Positions 37,444-47,102 of a DNA stretch of 64,000 bases are shown here, piece by piece. Every line of letters starts with the position of its first letter. The stretch's first letter is position 1. Source of the stretch: Dehalococcoidia bacterium (GTDB lineage Bacteria > Chloroflexota > Dehalococcoidia > UBA2979); the NCBI GenBank assembly GCA_965219085.1, contig OZ244720.1, forward strand, positions 1,632,001 through 1,696,000. Reading direction: 5' to 3'. The translations under genes and the position numbers were made by a program. The notes below the pieces were generated by a model. It ran no database searches, was not told the origin of the DNA, and was given only the letters and a program-made list of their open reading frames with translations.

Positions 37444-38619
37444 GGATGGTCTGATCAGGTGGCGTGTCGGGCGCGGTGCGTATCGATCAGCGGGCCGAGC
37501 CGCGCTGTGGGGGCCCGATACCGCGGTCCATGGGTGGTCTCGCCTCCATGTCGCTCCGGAAGCGCTCCGGCGGGCGATTCGGGACGCACGGCTCCCGCGA
37601 TCAGGCGAGCTGAGGCTCGGCTCGCAACAGGTTCGTGAAACCGAGCAGCAGCATGAGACGCTGGCGGTTCTTCTCAAGACCCCGGTAGCGCACCTGCGCG
37701 TACCCGAAGTGCCGCTTCACGTAGAGAAACGGATGCTCAGCCTTGGCGCGCACCGAGGCCTTGCGCCGCTCCGCCTGCGCCTCCTCGCCCCCCGGCGCCA
37801 GCTGCCGCCTGAGACCCGGGCGCAGCGCCACCTGCCAGCTCACCTCCGACCCCGCGTGCTCCGGGCGCTTCTCCACTCCCTGGTAGCCGGCGTCGCCCCA
37901 CGCCTCCGTCTCACCCCCGTGCAAGAGGCGATGCGCCTCGGTCACGTCGGAGACGTTCGCCGCCGTCGTGCTCACGCTGTGGACCAGCCCCGTCCGCGCA
38001 TCCGTGCCGGTGTGCAGCTTCATCCCGAAGAACCACTGCCGGCCCTTGCTGGTCTGGTGCATCTCGGGGTCGCGCGCACGCTCGCGGTTCTTCGTCGATG
38101 ACGGCGCGCTGATGATCGTGGAGTCCACGATCGTGCCCTCGCGCACCTGCAGACCGCGCGCTGCGAGGTGCGCGTTGATCGTCGCAAACAGCGCCGTTCC
38201 CAACTGATGACGCTCCAGCAGGTGACGGAAGTTGAGGATCGTCGTCTCATCGGGAATCGGCTCGGAGAGGCTGAGACCGGCGAACTCGAGCATCGAGCGG
38301 GAGTCGTAGAGTTCCTGCTCCATGCCGGGGTCGCTGAGGTTGAACCAGAGCTGTAGGCAGTGGATGCGCAGCATCACGCGCAGCGGGTAGGGGCGGCGTC
38401 CGCGGCCGCGCTTTGGATAGACGGGCGCGATGCGCTGCTCCAGCTCCGCCCAGGGGACGAGCCCGTCCATGCGCTCGAGGAACGTCTGCCGCCTCGTCTT
38501 GACCTTCTTGTGCTCGTACTCGACGCTGCCGAACGAACGCTGCTGCATGGGTCGCCCCTCTCCGGGTCGCCCCATGATCGCATCTGCTCACCCGCTCAGG
38601 CGAGTTGTTCAGACCATCC
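37444..38619 (-). mobile_element. IS5-family insertion sequence with CTAG target duplication
   Basis: Terminal IRs GGATGGTCTGAtCA / GGATGGTCTGAaCA; CTAG at 37440-37443 and 38620-38623. Confidence 0.93.
37601..38548 (-). CDS. IS5 family transposase
   Basis: KTRRQTFL, LSDPGME, PDETTILNFRHLLE, VDSTII, WFFGMKLH, GDAGYQG, RAKAEHPF. Confidence 0.95.
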   Translation of the reverse strand: MQQRSFGSVEYEHKKVKTRRQTFLERMDGLVPWAELEQRIAPVYPKRGRGRRPYPLRVMLRIHCLQLWFNLSDPGMEQELYDSRSMLEFAGLSLSEPIPDETTILNFRHLLERHQLGTALFATINAHLAARGLQVREGTIVDSTIISAPSSTKNRERARDPEMHQTSKGRQWFFGMKLHTGTDARTGLVHSVSTTAANVSDVTEAHRLLHGGETEAWGDAGYQGVEKRPEHAGSEVSWQVALRPGLRRQLAPGGEEAQAERRKASVRAKAEHPFLYVKRHFGYAQVRYRGLEKNRQRLMLLLGFTNLLRAEPQLA

Positions 38620-39570
38620 CTAGGTGTAGTGTCCCGGGACGTTGTTGACACGGCTGATCGGGGGTTCACCTCCGATCGCGGTGTGGCAACGGTGATGATT
38701 GTAGCGGTGCAGCGAAGGTCCGAGGGCGGCTGCGCGTTCGGCCTCGCTGCGGTAGACGCGGACGTAGGCCCACTCCTCGAGCAGCGTGCGGTGGAAGCGC
38801 TCGACCTTGCCGTTGGTTTGCGGGCGGTAGGGCCGGGTCCGCTTCGCCCGCCCGCCGCTGAGGCGGCAGGCGGAGCTGAACAGGCGGCTCTTGTAGGCGC
38901 CGCCATTATCGGTGAGCACGGCCCGCACCTCGATGCCGAGCTCGGCGAACCAGGCCCACGCCCGCTGCAGGAAGGCGGCTGCGCTGACGGCGCGCTCGTC
39001 CGCGAGGATCTCGCTGTAGGCGAGGCGCGTGTGGTCGTCCACGGCGGAGTGGATGAAGGCGTAGCCGGCGCGGCTGCGCGGCGCCTGGCCCCGTCCGTGG
39101 GCGCGCCAGCCGCCGCCCGGGGGCATGCGCCCCAGCTTCTTGACGTCGATGTGCAGCAGGTCGCCCGGGCGGGCATGCTCGTAGCGCCGGGGGCGGCGGA
39201 TCCGCTGCCCGCTCGGGCGGTCGAGCCAGGCGAGGCGGTTGAGGCCGCGGCGGCACAGCACGCGGTGGACGGTGGAGGCGTGCATCCCGAGGCGGAAGCC
39301 GATGCGTGCCGGACCGAGCTTCTCGCGGCGGCGCAGGCGCTCGATCGCGCGCTCCAGCCGTGCCGGGACACGCGCCGGGGAGCGTCGCGGGCGGCTGGGG
39401 CGGTCATCGAGACCGGCCTCGCCCTCCTCCAGCCAGCGTCGCCACCACTTGTAGGCGGTCGGACGGGAGACGCCCATCTCGGCGGCGACGTGCGCGACCG
39501 CGCGGCCCGCGGCGATGCGTTCCACCATCGTGCGGCGGGCGAGGAAGGTCAGTCGGGCGTTACGATGCAT
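38620..39570 (-). CDS. IS481 family transposase
   Basis: [44 protein letters not shown]. Confidence 0.95.
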   Translation of the reverse strand: MHRNARLTFLARRTMVERIAAGRAVAHVAAEMGVSRPTAYKWWRRWLEEGEAGLDDRPSRPRRSPARVPARLERAIERLRRREKLGPARIGFRLGMHASTVHRVLCRRGLNRLAWLDRPSGQRIRRPRRYEHARPGDLLHIDVKKLGRMPPGGGWRAHGRGQAPRSRAGYAFIHSAVDDHTRLAYSEILADERAVSAAAFLQRAWAWFAELGIEVRAVLTDNGGAYKSRLFSSACRLSGGRAKRTRPYRPQTNGKVERFHRTLLEEWAYVRVYRSEAERAAALGPSLHRYNHHRCHTAIGGEPPISRVNNVPGHYT

Positions 39571-39694
39571 CGGAGCCTCCAGGTGCAAGGTGCTGGCTTG
39601 TTACTCACACCTTCTCCCGGAGGCTCCCTTCACGAGCAACCCCTGCAGGGTTCAAGACGCCCTGCAGGGGTCAACAACGTCTGTGGACGTTACA
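38625..39694 (-). mobile_element. IS481-family insertion sequence (copy 1)
   Basis: TGT...ACA ends with IR TGTA.TGTCC..GACGTTGTTGAC; GCTAGG target repeat (left copy split by the IS5). Confidence 0.9.
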
Positions 39695-39695
39695 G

Positions 39696-41063
39696 CTAGG
39701 GGCCTGCCTCGACCGCGACGGGGACCGGCACCGCGCCGCGCCGCAGCGCGAGCGCTTCGAGCATCCGCCCGCGCTCCTCGGCCTCCACCTCGGGCGCGAA
39801 GCGCACGACGAGCACCAGGCCGGAGACCAGCACCACGAATCCGCCGAGGAACATGAACGCGTCCTGCGTGGAGATGCTCTCCGCGCGGAACAGGAAGCCC
39901 GCCGCCACGGCCCCGGCGTTCCCGCCCGCACCGACGATCCCGGCCACCGAGCCGAGCGCGTTGCGGTTCACGAACGGCACGACCGAGAACGTCGCGCCCT
40001 CGGACATCTGCACGAAGATGCTGAACACGATCATCGCGGGAATCGCGAGCAGCAGAACGTCCATCCGCGAGAACACGAGCAGCGCGATGCCTTCGAGGAA
40101 CAGCACGACGCCGAGGAACAGCACCCGCCCGCGCAGCCCGAAGCGCACGCCGGCGAAGTCGCCGCAGACGCCGCCGAGCGTCCGCGCGAAGAGGTTCATC
40201 AGCCCGAACAGGCCGGCGATGAGCCCGGCCATGCCGATGCTCAACTCGAAGTGGTCGTGGTAGTAGAGCGCGGCGACGTTGTTGATGGTGAGCTCGATGC
40301 CGAAGCACGCGCCGTAGATGACAAACAGCGCCCACACGCGGCCGTCGCGCGCGGCCTCCATGAACGACCCCTTCGTCGCCTCGACGGGGGCAAGCTCGCC
40401 CCGCGCGCGCAGCTCGTCGAAGTTGCCGTCGGGCGCGTCCTTCGTGAAGCGGGCGTAGGCGATGCCGGTGATGAACAGCGCCACGCCCGGCACGATCATC
40501 GCCACGCGCCAGCCGACGGCCTCGCCGACGCCGAACATCAGGATCCCGGCGAGCAGCAGCGGCATCACCATCTGCGTCACGCCGCCGCCGAGGTTGCCCC
40601 AGCCGGCCGTCGTCGCGTTCGCGGTGCCGACGACGTTCGGGGCGAACATCACCGAGGTGTGGTACTGCGTGATGACGAACGACGCGCCAATCACGCCGAT
40701 CGCGAGCCGGAACAGCAGGAACGACTCGTAGTTCTGCGCCAGGCCGATCCCCATCACGGGCAGCGACCCGAAGATCAGCAGCCAGGTGTAGGCGCGGCGC
40801 GGACCGATGCGGTCGCTCAGCCAGCCGATGACGAGGCGGGCGACGATCGTGATCGCGACCGAAGCGATCACGGTGTTGCCGATCTGCGTCTTCGTGAGGC
40901 CCAGGTCGTCACGGACGATCACCATCAACGGCGCGATCCCGAACCACCCGAAGAACGCGAGGAAGAATGCGAACCACGACATGTGGAACGCACGCATCTG
41001 CACGGTCTGTAGTGAGAAGAGGGAGATGCCGGTTGCCTTGTTCCGGATCTGTGCCGAGTTCAC
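39696..41063 (-). CDS. narK: NarK/NRT2 family nitrate/nitrite MFS transporter
   Basis: MRAFHMSW..FF, ANATTAGWGNLGGG, FARTLGG, GIVGAGGNAG nitrate signatures. Confidence 0.93.
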   Translation of the reverse strand: MNSAQIRNKATGISLFSLQTVQMRAFHMSWFAFFLAFFGWFGIAPLMVIVRDDLGLTKTQIGNTVIASVAITIVARLVIGWLSDRIGPRRAYTWLLIFGSLPVMGIGLAQNYESFLLFRLAIGVIGASFVITQYHTSVMFAPNVVGTANATTAGWGNLGGGVTQMVMPLLLAGILMFGVGEAVGWRVAMIVPGVALFITGIAYARFTKDAPDGNFDELRARGELAPVEATKGSFMEAARDGRVWALFVIYGACFGIELTINNVAALYYHDHFELSIGMAGLIAGLFGLMNLFARTLGGVCGDFAGVRFGLRGRVLFLGVVLFLEGIALLVFSRMDVLLLAIPAMIVFSIFVQMSEGATFSVVPFVNRNALGSVAGIVGAGGNAGAVAAGFLFRAESISTQDAFMFLGGFVVLVSGLVLVVRFAPEVEAEERGRMLEALALRRGAVPVPVAVEAGP

Positions 41064-41115
41064 GCCGCGCTCCTTCCTCGCCTGCTGCGGTCGATTAGCA
41101 GGCTAGGGACGGCGC

Positions 41116-41208
41116 GTTACCGCGCCGTGCCATCCGCGTGAACTCCGGGAGACGGATCGGTTGCCGCGGCGTGACGAGGGGTTGTCGGTGGCGTGAACGC
41201 GGTGTTTC
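41116..41208 (-). promoter_or_regulatory. array of nine pentamers at 11-bp spacing (GlnR/OmpR-type boxes) upstream of narK
   Basis: Minus strand GAAAC, TTCAC, GACAA, GTCAC, GCAAC, GTCTC, TTCAC, GGCAC, GTAAC; + coordinates 41204 to 41116 in steps of 11. Confidence 0.7.
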
Positions 41209-41214
41209 GCGCGC

Positions 41215-43482
41215 TCAGGCGCTGGGTGCCTCGACCGCGCTGACGCGCTGGGCCGCCTCGATCGCGCTCAGGCGCTGGGCCGCCTCGATCGCGCTCAGGC
41301 GCTGGGCCGCCTCGACCGCGCTGACGCGCTGGGCCGCCTCGACGCGGACGGCAGCGAACTTCAGCTCGGGCTGCTTCGAGCGCGCGTCGATCGCCTCGCT
41401 GGTGGCGTTGTTGGTGACCGCGTGGCGGCTAAAGAGTTCGCCCCAGTGGAACGGCGCGAAGACCGCTCCGCTGCGGATCGTGTCGGTCACGCGCGCCCGC
41501 ACTTCGAGGCTGCCGCGCCGCGACGTGACGCGCACGAGCTGCTTGTCGCTCACGCCGAGGTCGTCGGCGTCGTCGGGGTGCATCTCCAGGAAGGGCTCGT
41601 ACTCGCTGCGCATCAGCTTTGGCACCTTGCCCGTGCGGGTCATCGTGTGCCACTGGTCCTTGACGCGGCCCGTGAGCAGCGCGAGGGGGTACTCGTCGCT
41701 GAGTAGCTCCGCGGGCGTGCGGAACCCCGTCGGGTGGAAGCGCGCGCGTCCGTCGGGCGTGGGGAAGCGGCCCGCGCCGAACAGCCGCGGCGACCGCGCG
41801 ACCTCGCCGGTGGCGTTGGCGAGCACCGCGCCCTCGGGGTGCGGCCACTGGATGCCCGTGCCGGCCTCGCGCAGCAGGTCGTAGCTGACACCGGTGATGT
41901 CGAGGTCGCGGCCGCGGGTCAGCTCGCGGTACTCGTCGAAGATCGCCTCGGTATCCTCGTAGTCGAACGCGTCGCCGTATCCGAGCGCGTCGGCGATGCG
42001 GCAGATGATCCGCCAGTCCGGCAGCGCGAGGCCCGGCGCCTCCCCGATCTGTTCGAGGAGGCAGATGCGCCGCTCGCTGTTGGTCATCGTGCCCGGGCGC
42101 TCCGACCACTGCGCCGCGGGCAGGAGCACGTCGGCGATGCGTCCCGTCTCGGTCGGGTAGTACGCGTCCTGCACGACGACGAGCTCGGCGCGGCGCAGCG
42201 CCGCGCGCACGCGCTCGGCGTTGGGGAGCGAGGCGACCGGGTTCGTCGCGGCGATCCATACCACCTTCACCTCGTCGCGTTCGAGCGCCTCGACCATCTC
42301 GATCGCGGTCAGGCCGGGGCGGTCGGAGATCGAGCCCGGCTCGATGCCCCACGCGCGCTCGACCTCGGCGCGGTGGCCGGCGTCGGCGACGAGGCGGTGG
42401 CCGGGCAGCGTCGTGGCGAGTCCGCCGCATTCGCGCCCGCCCATCGCGTTGGGCTGGCCGGTGAGCGAGAACGGCCCCGCGCCGGGCTTGCCGATGTTTC
42501 CCGTGGCGAGCGAGAGGTTGATCAGCGCGAGGTTCTTGTCGACGCCCGACGTGCTCTGGTTCGCGCCCATCGTCCATAGGCTCAGCATCGGCCCGTTGTT
42601 GGCGATGATGCGCGCCGCGTCGACGATCTCCTGCGCGTCGAGGCCGGTGACCGACGACGCGCGCTCGGCGGACCAGCCCTCGAGCGCGGCTTCGGCCTCC
42701 GCCCAGCCGCTCGTGCGATCCTCGATGAACGCGGCGTCGAGGCCGCCCGCGAGGCGCACCTCGAAGAGCAGCGAGAGCAGTAGCGCCACGTCGGCGCCGG
42801 GCAGCACCGGCAGGTGGAGGTCGGCGATCTCGGCGGTGCGAGTCCGCCGCGGGTCGACGACGATCACCTGCACGCCGTCGCGGTCCGCGCGCTTCCGCGC
42901 CTTGATGCGGTCGAAGAGGATCGGGTGGCAGGCCTCCATGTTCGCGCCGAGGATGAGGAACGTGTTCGCCTCCTCGATGTCGGCATAGGACGCGGGCGGC
43001 GAGTCGGCGCCGAACGCGAGGTTGTACGCGGCGACGGCGCTTGCCATGCACAGCCGCGAGTTGGTGTCCTGGTTGTTGGTGCCGATGAACCCCTTCGCCA
43101 GCTTGCCGAAGAGGTAGTAGTCCTCGGTCATGAGCTGGCCGGAGCCGTAGAGCATGACCGAGTCCGGCCCGTGCTCCTCGACGTTGCGGCGGATCGTGTC
43201 GGCGACGCGGTCGATGGCCTCGTCCCAGCCGGTGACGCGGGTGTGCCCGCCCTTGCGGTCGCGCACCATCGGGGTGAGCAGGCGGTCGCCGGTGTCGAAG
43301 ACCTGGCCGAGCAGGGCGCCCTTGGCGCAGAGCTTGCCCTTGTTGACCGGGTGGTCGGGGTCGCCGCGGACCTCGCGCACGACGCCGTCCTTCGCACGCG
43401 CGAGCAGGCCGCAGCCGGTGCCGCAGTAGCAGCAGACCGAGCGACGCCAGCCGTCACCGGTCAGGAGCGGCATCCGCGGCAT
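41215..43482 (-). CDS. narB: assimilatory nitrate reductase, Mo-bisPGD catalytic subunit (NarB/NasA type)
   Basis: CCYCGTGC...LCAKG, DTNSRLCMASAV, SLTGQPNAMGGRE, TNSERR, TGRVKDQWHTMTRTG, SKQPELK. Confidence 0.9.
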   Translation of the reverse strand: MPRMPLLTGDGWRRSVCCYCGTGCGLLARAKDGVVREVRGDPDHPVNKGKLCAKGALLGQVFDTGDRLLTPMVRDRKGGHTRVTGWDEAIDRVADTIRRNVEEHGPDSVMLYGSGQLMTEDYYLFGKLAKGFIGTNNQDTNSRLCMASAVAAYNLAFGADSPPASYADIEEANTFLILGANMEACHPILFDRIKARKRADRDGVQVIVVDPRRTRTAEIADLHLPVLPGADVALLLSLLFEVRLAGGLDAAFIEDRTSGWAEAEAALEGWSAERASSVTGLDAQEIVDAARIIANNGPMLSLWTMGANQSTSGVDKNLALINLSLATGNIGKPGAGPFSLTGQPNAMGGRECGGLATTLPGHRLVADAGHRAEVERAWGIEPGSISDRPGLTAIEMVEALERDEVKVVWIAATNPVASLPNAERVRAALRRAELVVVQDAYYPTETGRIADVLLPAAQWSERPGTMTNSERRICLLEQIGEAPGLALPDWRIICRIADALGYGDAFDYEDTEAIFDEYRELTRGRDLDITGVSYDLLREAGTGIQWPHPEGAVLANATGEVARSPRLFGAGRFPTPDGRARFHPTGFRTPAELLSDEYPLALLTGRVKDQWHTMTRTGKVPKLMRSEYEPFLEMHPDDADDLGVSDKQLVRVTSRRGSLEVRARVTDTIRSGAVFAPFHWGELFSRHAVTNNATSEAIDARSKQPELKFAAVRVEAAQRVSAVEAAQRLSAIEAAQRLSAIEAAQRVSAVEAPSA
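41226..41343. repeat. 27-bp tandem repeat (about 4.5 units) in the nitrate reductase C-terminus
   Basis: Encodes (V/I)EAAQR(V/L)SA repeated four times, then VEAPSA. Confidence 0.9.
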
Positions 43483-43502
43483 CGCGCGCTACCTGCTACC
43501 CG

Positions 43503-45035
43503 CTACCCGATGGCGACGAGGGACCGCGCGCGCTCACGTAGCGCGTCGGCGCCTCGCAGCGACCGCAGCTGTGCGGCGACGGCTTCGGGCAGGTCCGGCG
43601 TCAGCACGCCCTCGGCGGTGCGCTCACCGAGCCGCGCGTCGTCGCCGAGGCAGCCGCCGGCGAACACATCGGCTGCGTCGAGGATCTCGCCGTCGACGCG
43701 CTTGCGGTCGCCGAGCAGGCCGATCTCGGCGGCGCGGTGCTGGCCGCAGGCGTGCGGGCAGCCCGACATCTGGATGCGCACCGGCTCGTCGATCTCGTAG
43801 CGCTCCTCGAGCGCGCTCGCGAGCCTGAGCGCCTCCTCCTTCGTGTCGATGAGGCTGAAGTGGCAGTAGTCGTTGCCCGTGCAGGTCACGACCGAGCGCA
43901 CCCAAGGCGAGGGCTTCGGGCTGTACGTCTCCAGCAGCGGCTCCGCGAGCAGCGCGCCGAGGCGCTCGTCGGGTACGTTCGGGATGAGCACGTTCTGTTG
44001 CACGGTGAGTCGCAGCTCGGCGGTGCCGTACTCGGCCGCGAGCCGTCCGAACTCGATCAGGTCGTCGCCGCTCACGCGCCCCACGGGCACGAGGCAGCCG
44101 ACGACGCTGCGGCCGGGCTGCGCCTGCGGCGAGATGCCGATGTGGTCGCCGCCGTGCTTGCTGGTCGCGGACCGCGCCGCGCGCTCCAGGGGCACGCCCA
44201 CGCGCTCCTCGACGGCCGCGCGGAAGCGCTCGATGCCCCACGCGCCGAGCAGCACCTTGAGCCGCGCCCGCTTGCGCTGCTCGCGGGGTCCATGGTCGCG
44301 GAACGTCTCGAGGATGGCGAGCGCGACCGGGACGACGCCCTCCGGCTCGACGAAGACGTCGAGGGGCCGCGCCAGCTCGGGCTGCTGCCCGCCGAGGGCG
44401 CCGCCGACGAGCACGTTGAAGCCGGCGATCTCCCGGCCGGCCTCGAAGCGCGTCGCGGGCGCGAACGAGAGGTCGTGCGTCTGCGCGTGCGCGCAGTCCT
44501 CGCGGCAGCCGGTGATCGAGAGGTTGAACTTGCGTGGCAGGTTGCTGAAGCGCTTGCCGCCGACGATCGCCTGCTGCAGGCGCTCGGCGAGCGTGCGCGC
44601 ATCGATCAGCTCATCGGCGTCGAGGCCCGCGAGCGGGCAGCCGACGACGTTGCGCACGTTGTCCATGCCGCTCTGCTGCGAGTTGAGCCCGGCGGCGGCG
44701 AGCCGCTGCAACACCCACGGGGCGTCCTCGATGGTGATCCAGCGCAGCTGGATGTTCTGGCGCGTCGTGATGTCCGCAGTGCCCCGTCCGCAGCGGTTCG
44801 CGATCTCGCCGATCGCGGTGATCTGCTCCGAGGTGAGCACGCCGTTGGGGATGCGCATCCGCAGCATGAAGTAGCCCGGCGTCGCCTTGCGGTGGAACAG
44901 GCCGTACCACTTCAGGCGCTCGAAGTCGTCGGCCGGGATGGCGTCGACGCCCTCGACGGCGTAGCGGTAGAGGTCCGGGAGGACGTCGAGGCCGTCCTTC
45001 GCGCTCTTGAGTGCCTCGATGCGGTTGGGCGCCAT
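43503..45035 (-). CDS. nirA: ferredoxin--nitrite reductase
   Basis: LKWYGLF, TTRQNIQ, QSGMDNVRN, NLPRKFN, CTGNDYC, SGCPHACGQ (siroheme/4Fe-4S). Confidence 0.92.
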   Translation of the reverse strand: MAPNRIEALKSAKDGLDVLPDLYRYAVEGVDAIPADDFERLKWYGLFHRKATPGYFMLRMRIPNGVLTSEQITAIGEIANRCGRGTADITTRQNIQLRWITIEDAPWVLQRLAAAGLNSQQSGMDNVRNVVGCPLAGLDADELIDARTLAERLQQAIVGGKRFSNLPRKFNLSITGCREDCAHAQTHDLSFAPATRFEAGREIAGFNVLVGGALGGQQPELARPLDVFVEPEGVVPVALAILETFRDHGPREQRKRARLKVLLGAWGIERFRAAVEERVGVPLERAARSATSKHGGDHIGISPQAQPGRSVVGCLVPVGRVSGDDLIEFGRLAAEYGTAELRLTVQQNVLIPNVPDERLGALLAEPLLETYSPKPSPWVRSVVTCTGNDYCHFSLIDTKEEALRLASALEERYEIDEPVRIQMSGCPHACGQHRAAEIGLLGDRKRVDGEILDAADVFAGGCLGDDARLGERTAEGVLTPDLPEAVAAQLRSLRGADALRERARSLVAIG

Positions 45036-45071
45036 GGGCGTTCTCCTCCGCCCAGACGATGGCGATCGCGC

Positions 45072-45110
45072 GTTACGGCGTGGCGACGCCCGCGTGAACG
45101 GCGCGTGAAC
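45072..45110 (-). promoter_or_regulatory. four pentamers at 11-bp spacing upstream of nirA
   Basis: Minus strand TTCAC (45105), TTCAC (45094), GTCGC (45083), GTAAC (45072); same architecture as before narK. Confidence 0.7.
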
Positions 45111-45265
45111 GTTCGTTTTCGTGCGCATTGCGGCGAGGACGCTCGGAGATTGGCCCCGAGGAGGCGGCGGCACGGGGGGACGCTTTGCGACACAATGGAT
45201 CGAGGGGTGGGGGCGCGGGCCGGGCGGATCATCCGCCCTCGGTCTGGACGCAGGAGGGATCCGCC

Positions 45266-46051
45266 ATGACCATGCGCAGCCACGTGATCGACTACCGCAT
45301 CCACGGCGACGACTTGCAGTTCGTCGAGGTCGAGCTCGACCCCGGCGAGACCGTCATCGGTGAGGCCGGCGCGATGATGTTCCTCGAGTCCGACATCGGC
45401 TTCGAGACGAAGCTGGGCGACGGGAGCAACCCGGACCAGGGGCTCTTCGGCCGCCTCAAGGACGCGGGCAAGCGCGCCCTCGCACAGGAATCGATCTTCA
45501 TCACGCACTTCACCAACGAAGGCCGCGGCAAGCAGATCGTCGCGTTCTCGGCCGAGTTCCCCGGCAAGATCGTCCCGATGGACCTTGCGAGCCTCGGCGG
45601 CGAGATCATCGCCCAGAAGGACGCGTTCCTGTGCGCCGCCCTCGGCACGAAGATCGACATCGCCTTCCGCCGCAACCTCGGCACCGGCCTGTTCGGTGGC
45701 GAGGGCTTCATCCTCCAGAAACTGCAGGGCGACGGCATGGCGTTCCTGTCCGTCGGCGGCACGGTGATCGAGAAGGAGCTGCGCAACGACAAGCTGCTCG
45801 TCGACACGGGCTGCCTCGTGGCGATGGAGCCGACCGTCGAGTACTCGATCGAGCGCGCAGGCAACCTCAAGTCGATGATCTTCGGCGGCGAGGGGCTGTT
45901 CCTCGCGAGCCTGTCGGGCTACGGCAAGGTGTGGCTGCAGTCGCTGCCATTCTCGCGGCTCGCGAACCGCATCATCGCGAACGCGCCCAGCGCCGGTGGC
46001 AGCTCACGCGGCGAGGGCTCCCTGCTCGGCGGACTCGGCCCCGTCCGCTAG
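45266..46051 (+). CDS. TIGR00266 / AIM24 family protein
   Basis: [51 protein letters not shown]. Confidence 0.92.
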   Translation: MTMRSHVIDYRIHGDDLQFVEVELDPGETVIGEAGAMMFLESDIGFETKLGDGSNPDQGLFGRLKDAGKRALAQESIFITHFTNEGRGKQIVAFSAEFPGKIVPMDLASLGGEIIAQKDAFLCAALGTKIDIAFRRNLGTGLFGGEGFILQKLQGDGMAFLSVGGTVIEKELRNDKLLVDTGCLVAMEPTVEYSIERAGNLKSMIFGGEGLFLASLSGYGKVWLQSLPFSRLANRIIANAPSAGGSSRGEGSLLGGLGPVR

Positions 46052-47013
46052 ATGTAGTGTCCCGGGACGTTGTTTACAGGCGTGAGGCGGGGACAGCCCC
46101 GCCGATACCGCCGTGCGGTCGGCGAGCATTGTAGCGATAGAGCCAGCGCGAGGAGCACGTGGAGGCGTTCGGCGTTGGAGCGGTATGGCCGGGCGTACGC
46201 CCATTCGTTCTGCAGGATCTGGATGAAGCGCTCGGCCTTGCCGTTCGTCTGCGGCCGGTAGGGTCGGGTGTGCAGCAGCTCCACGCCCGCGGCGGCGGCC
46301 GTGCTGCGGAAGCTGCGCGCGACGGTGTAGGCCTTGGCGTTGTCGGTCAGCACGCGCCTGACGCGCACGCCGCGCCGGCTGAACGCCGCGAGCGCCTGCT
46401 CGAGGAAGGCACTACAGCTCGCGGCCCGCTCGTCGGGCAGGGCGGCGACGTACGCGTAGCGGCTGTGGTCGTCCACGGCGACGTGTAGGTACTCAAGGCC
46501 CAGCGACCGTCCCCGCTGCGGCCCGGAGCGCGTCTCGGCGAAGCCGGGTGCGATGCGCTTACCGCCACCCTCGGGGATGCGCCCCAGCTTCTTCACGTCG
46601 ATGTGCAGCAGGTCGCCGGGGGCTGGGTGCTCGTAGCGGACCGTCTCGCGGGTGACACGATGCAACCGGTCGAGGCGGTTGAGGCCAAAGCGCCTGAGCA
46701 CGGCGTAGACCGTGGAACGGGCGAGCCCGAGCGCCCAGGCGATGCGATGCGGCCCGAAGCCCGCACTGCGGCGCACGGCGCAGATGCGTTGCTCCAGCTC
46801 GGGTGCGGTGCGCCGGGGGTTCGAGCGCGGCGCCGAGGTGCGGTCCTCGAGCCCGTCCGCTCCTGCCTCGCGGAAGCGCCGCACCCACTTCGCGACCGTT
46901 GGGCGCGAGACCGGGAAGCGACGGGCGACCTCGGCCTGCGGCCAGCCGTCCTCCACCTCCCGGACCAACTCCAACCGGGTGACCGGCGTCAGACGCGCGT
47001 TACGATGTGCCAC
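46048..47013 (-). CDS. IS481 transposase with an apparent +1 frameshift near the C-terminus
   Basis: [30 protein letters not shown]; the canonical [19 protein letters not shown] tail is out of frame after about 46152. Confidence 0.88.
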   Translation of the reverse strand: MAHRNARLTPVTRLELVREVEDGWPQAEVARRFPVSRPTVAKWVRRFREAGADGLEDRTSAPRSNPRRTAPELEQRICAVRRSAGFGPHRIAWALGLARSTVYAVLRRFGLNRLDRLHRVTRETVRYEHPAPGDLLHIDVKKLGRIPEGGGKRIAPGFAETRSGPQRGRSLGLEYLHVAVDDHSRYAYVAALPDERAASCSAFLEQALAAFSRRGVRVRRVLTDNAKAYTVARSFRSTAAAAGVELLHTRPYRPQTNGKAERFIQILQNEWAYARPYRSNAERLHVLLALALSLQCSPTARRYRRGCPRLTPVNNVPGHYI

Positions 47014-47101
47014 GAGAGGCTCCTCCCCTGCTACTGGTGCTTGCAACACACACAGCAGCAGGCGGAGCCCCTCACCTGCAACAACCTACGTGGGAACTAC
47101 A
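46053..47101 (-). mobile_element. IS481-family insertion sequence (copy 2, different from copy 1)
   Basis: TGTAGTGTCCC...GGGAACTACA ends; flanked by GCTAGA and GCTAGC. Confidence 0.88.
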
Positions 47102-47102
47102 G

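Noticed and set aside
41226-41343. CRISPR array or intergenic repeat
   Set aside because: Head-to-tail units without spacers, in frame inside narB.
38625-47101. Composite transposon carrying the nitrate cluster
   Set aside because: The two IS481 elements differ substantially in sequence and each has its own target repeat, consistent with independent insertions.
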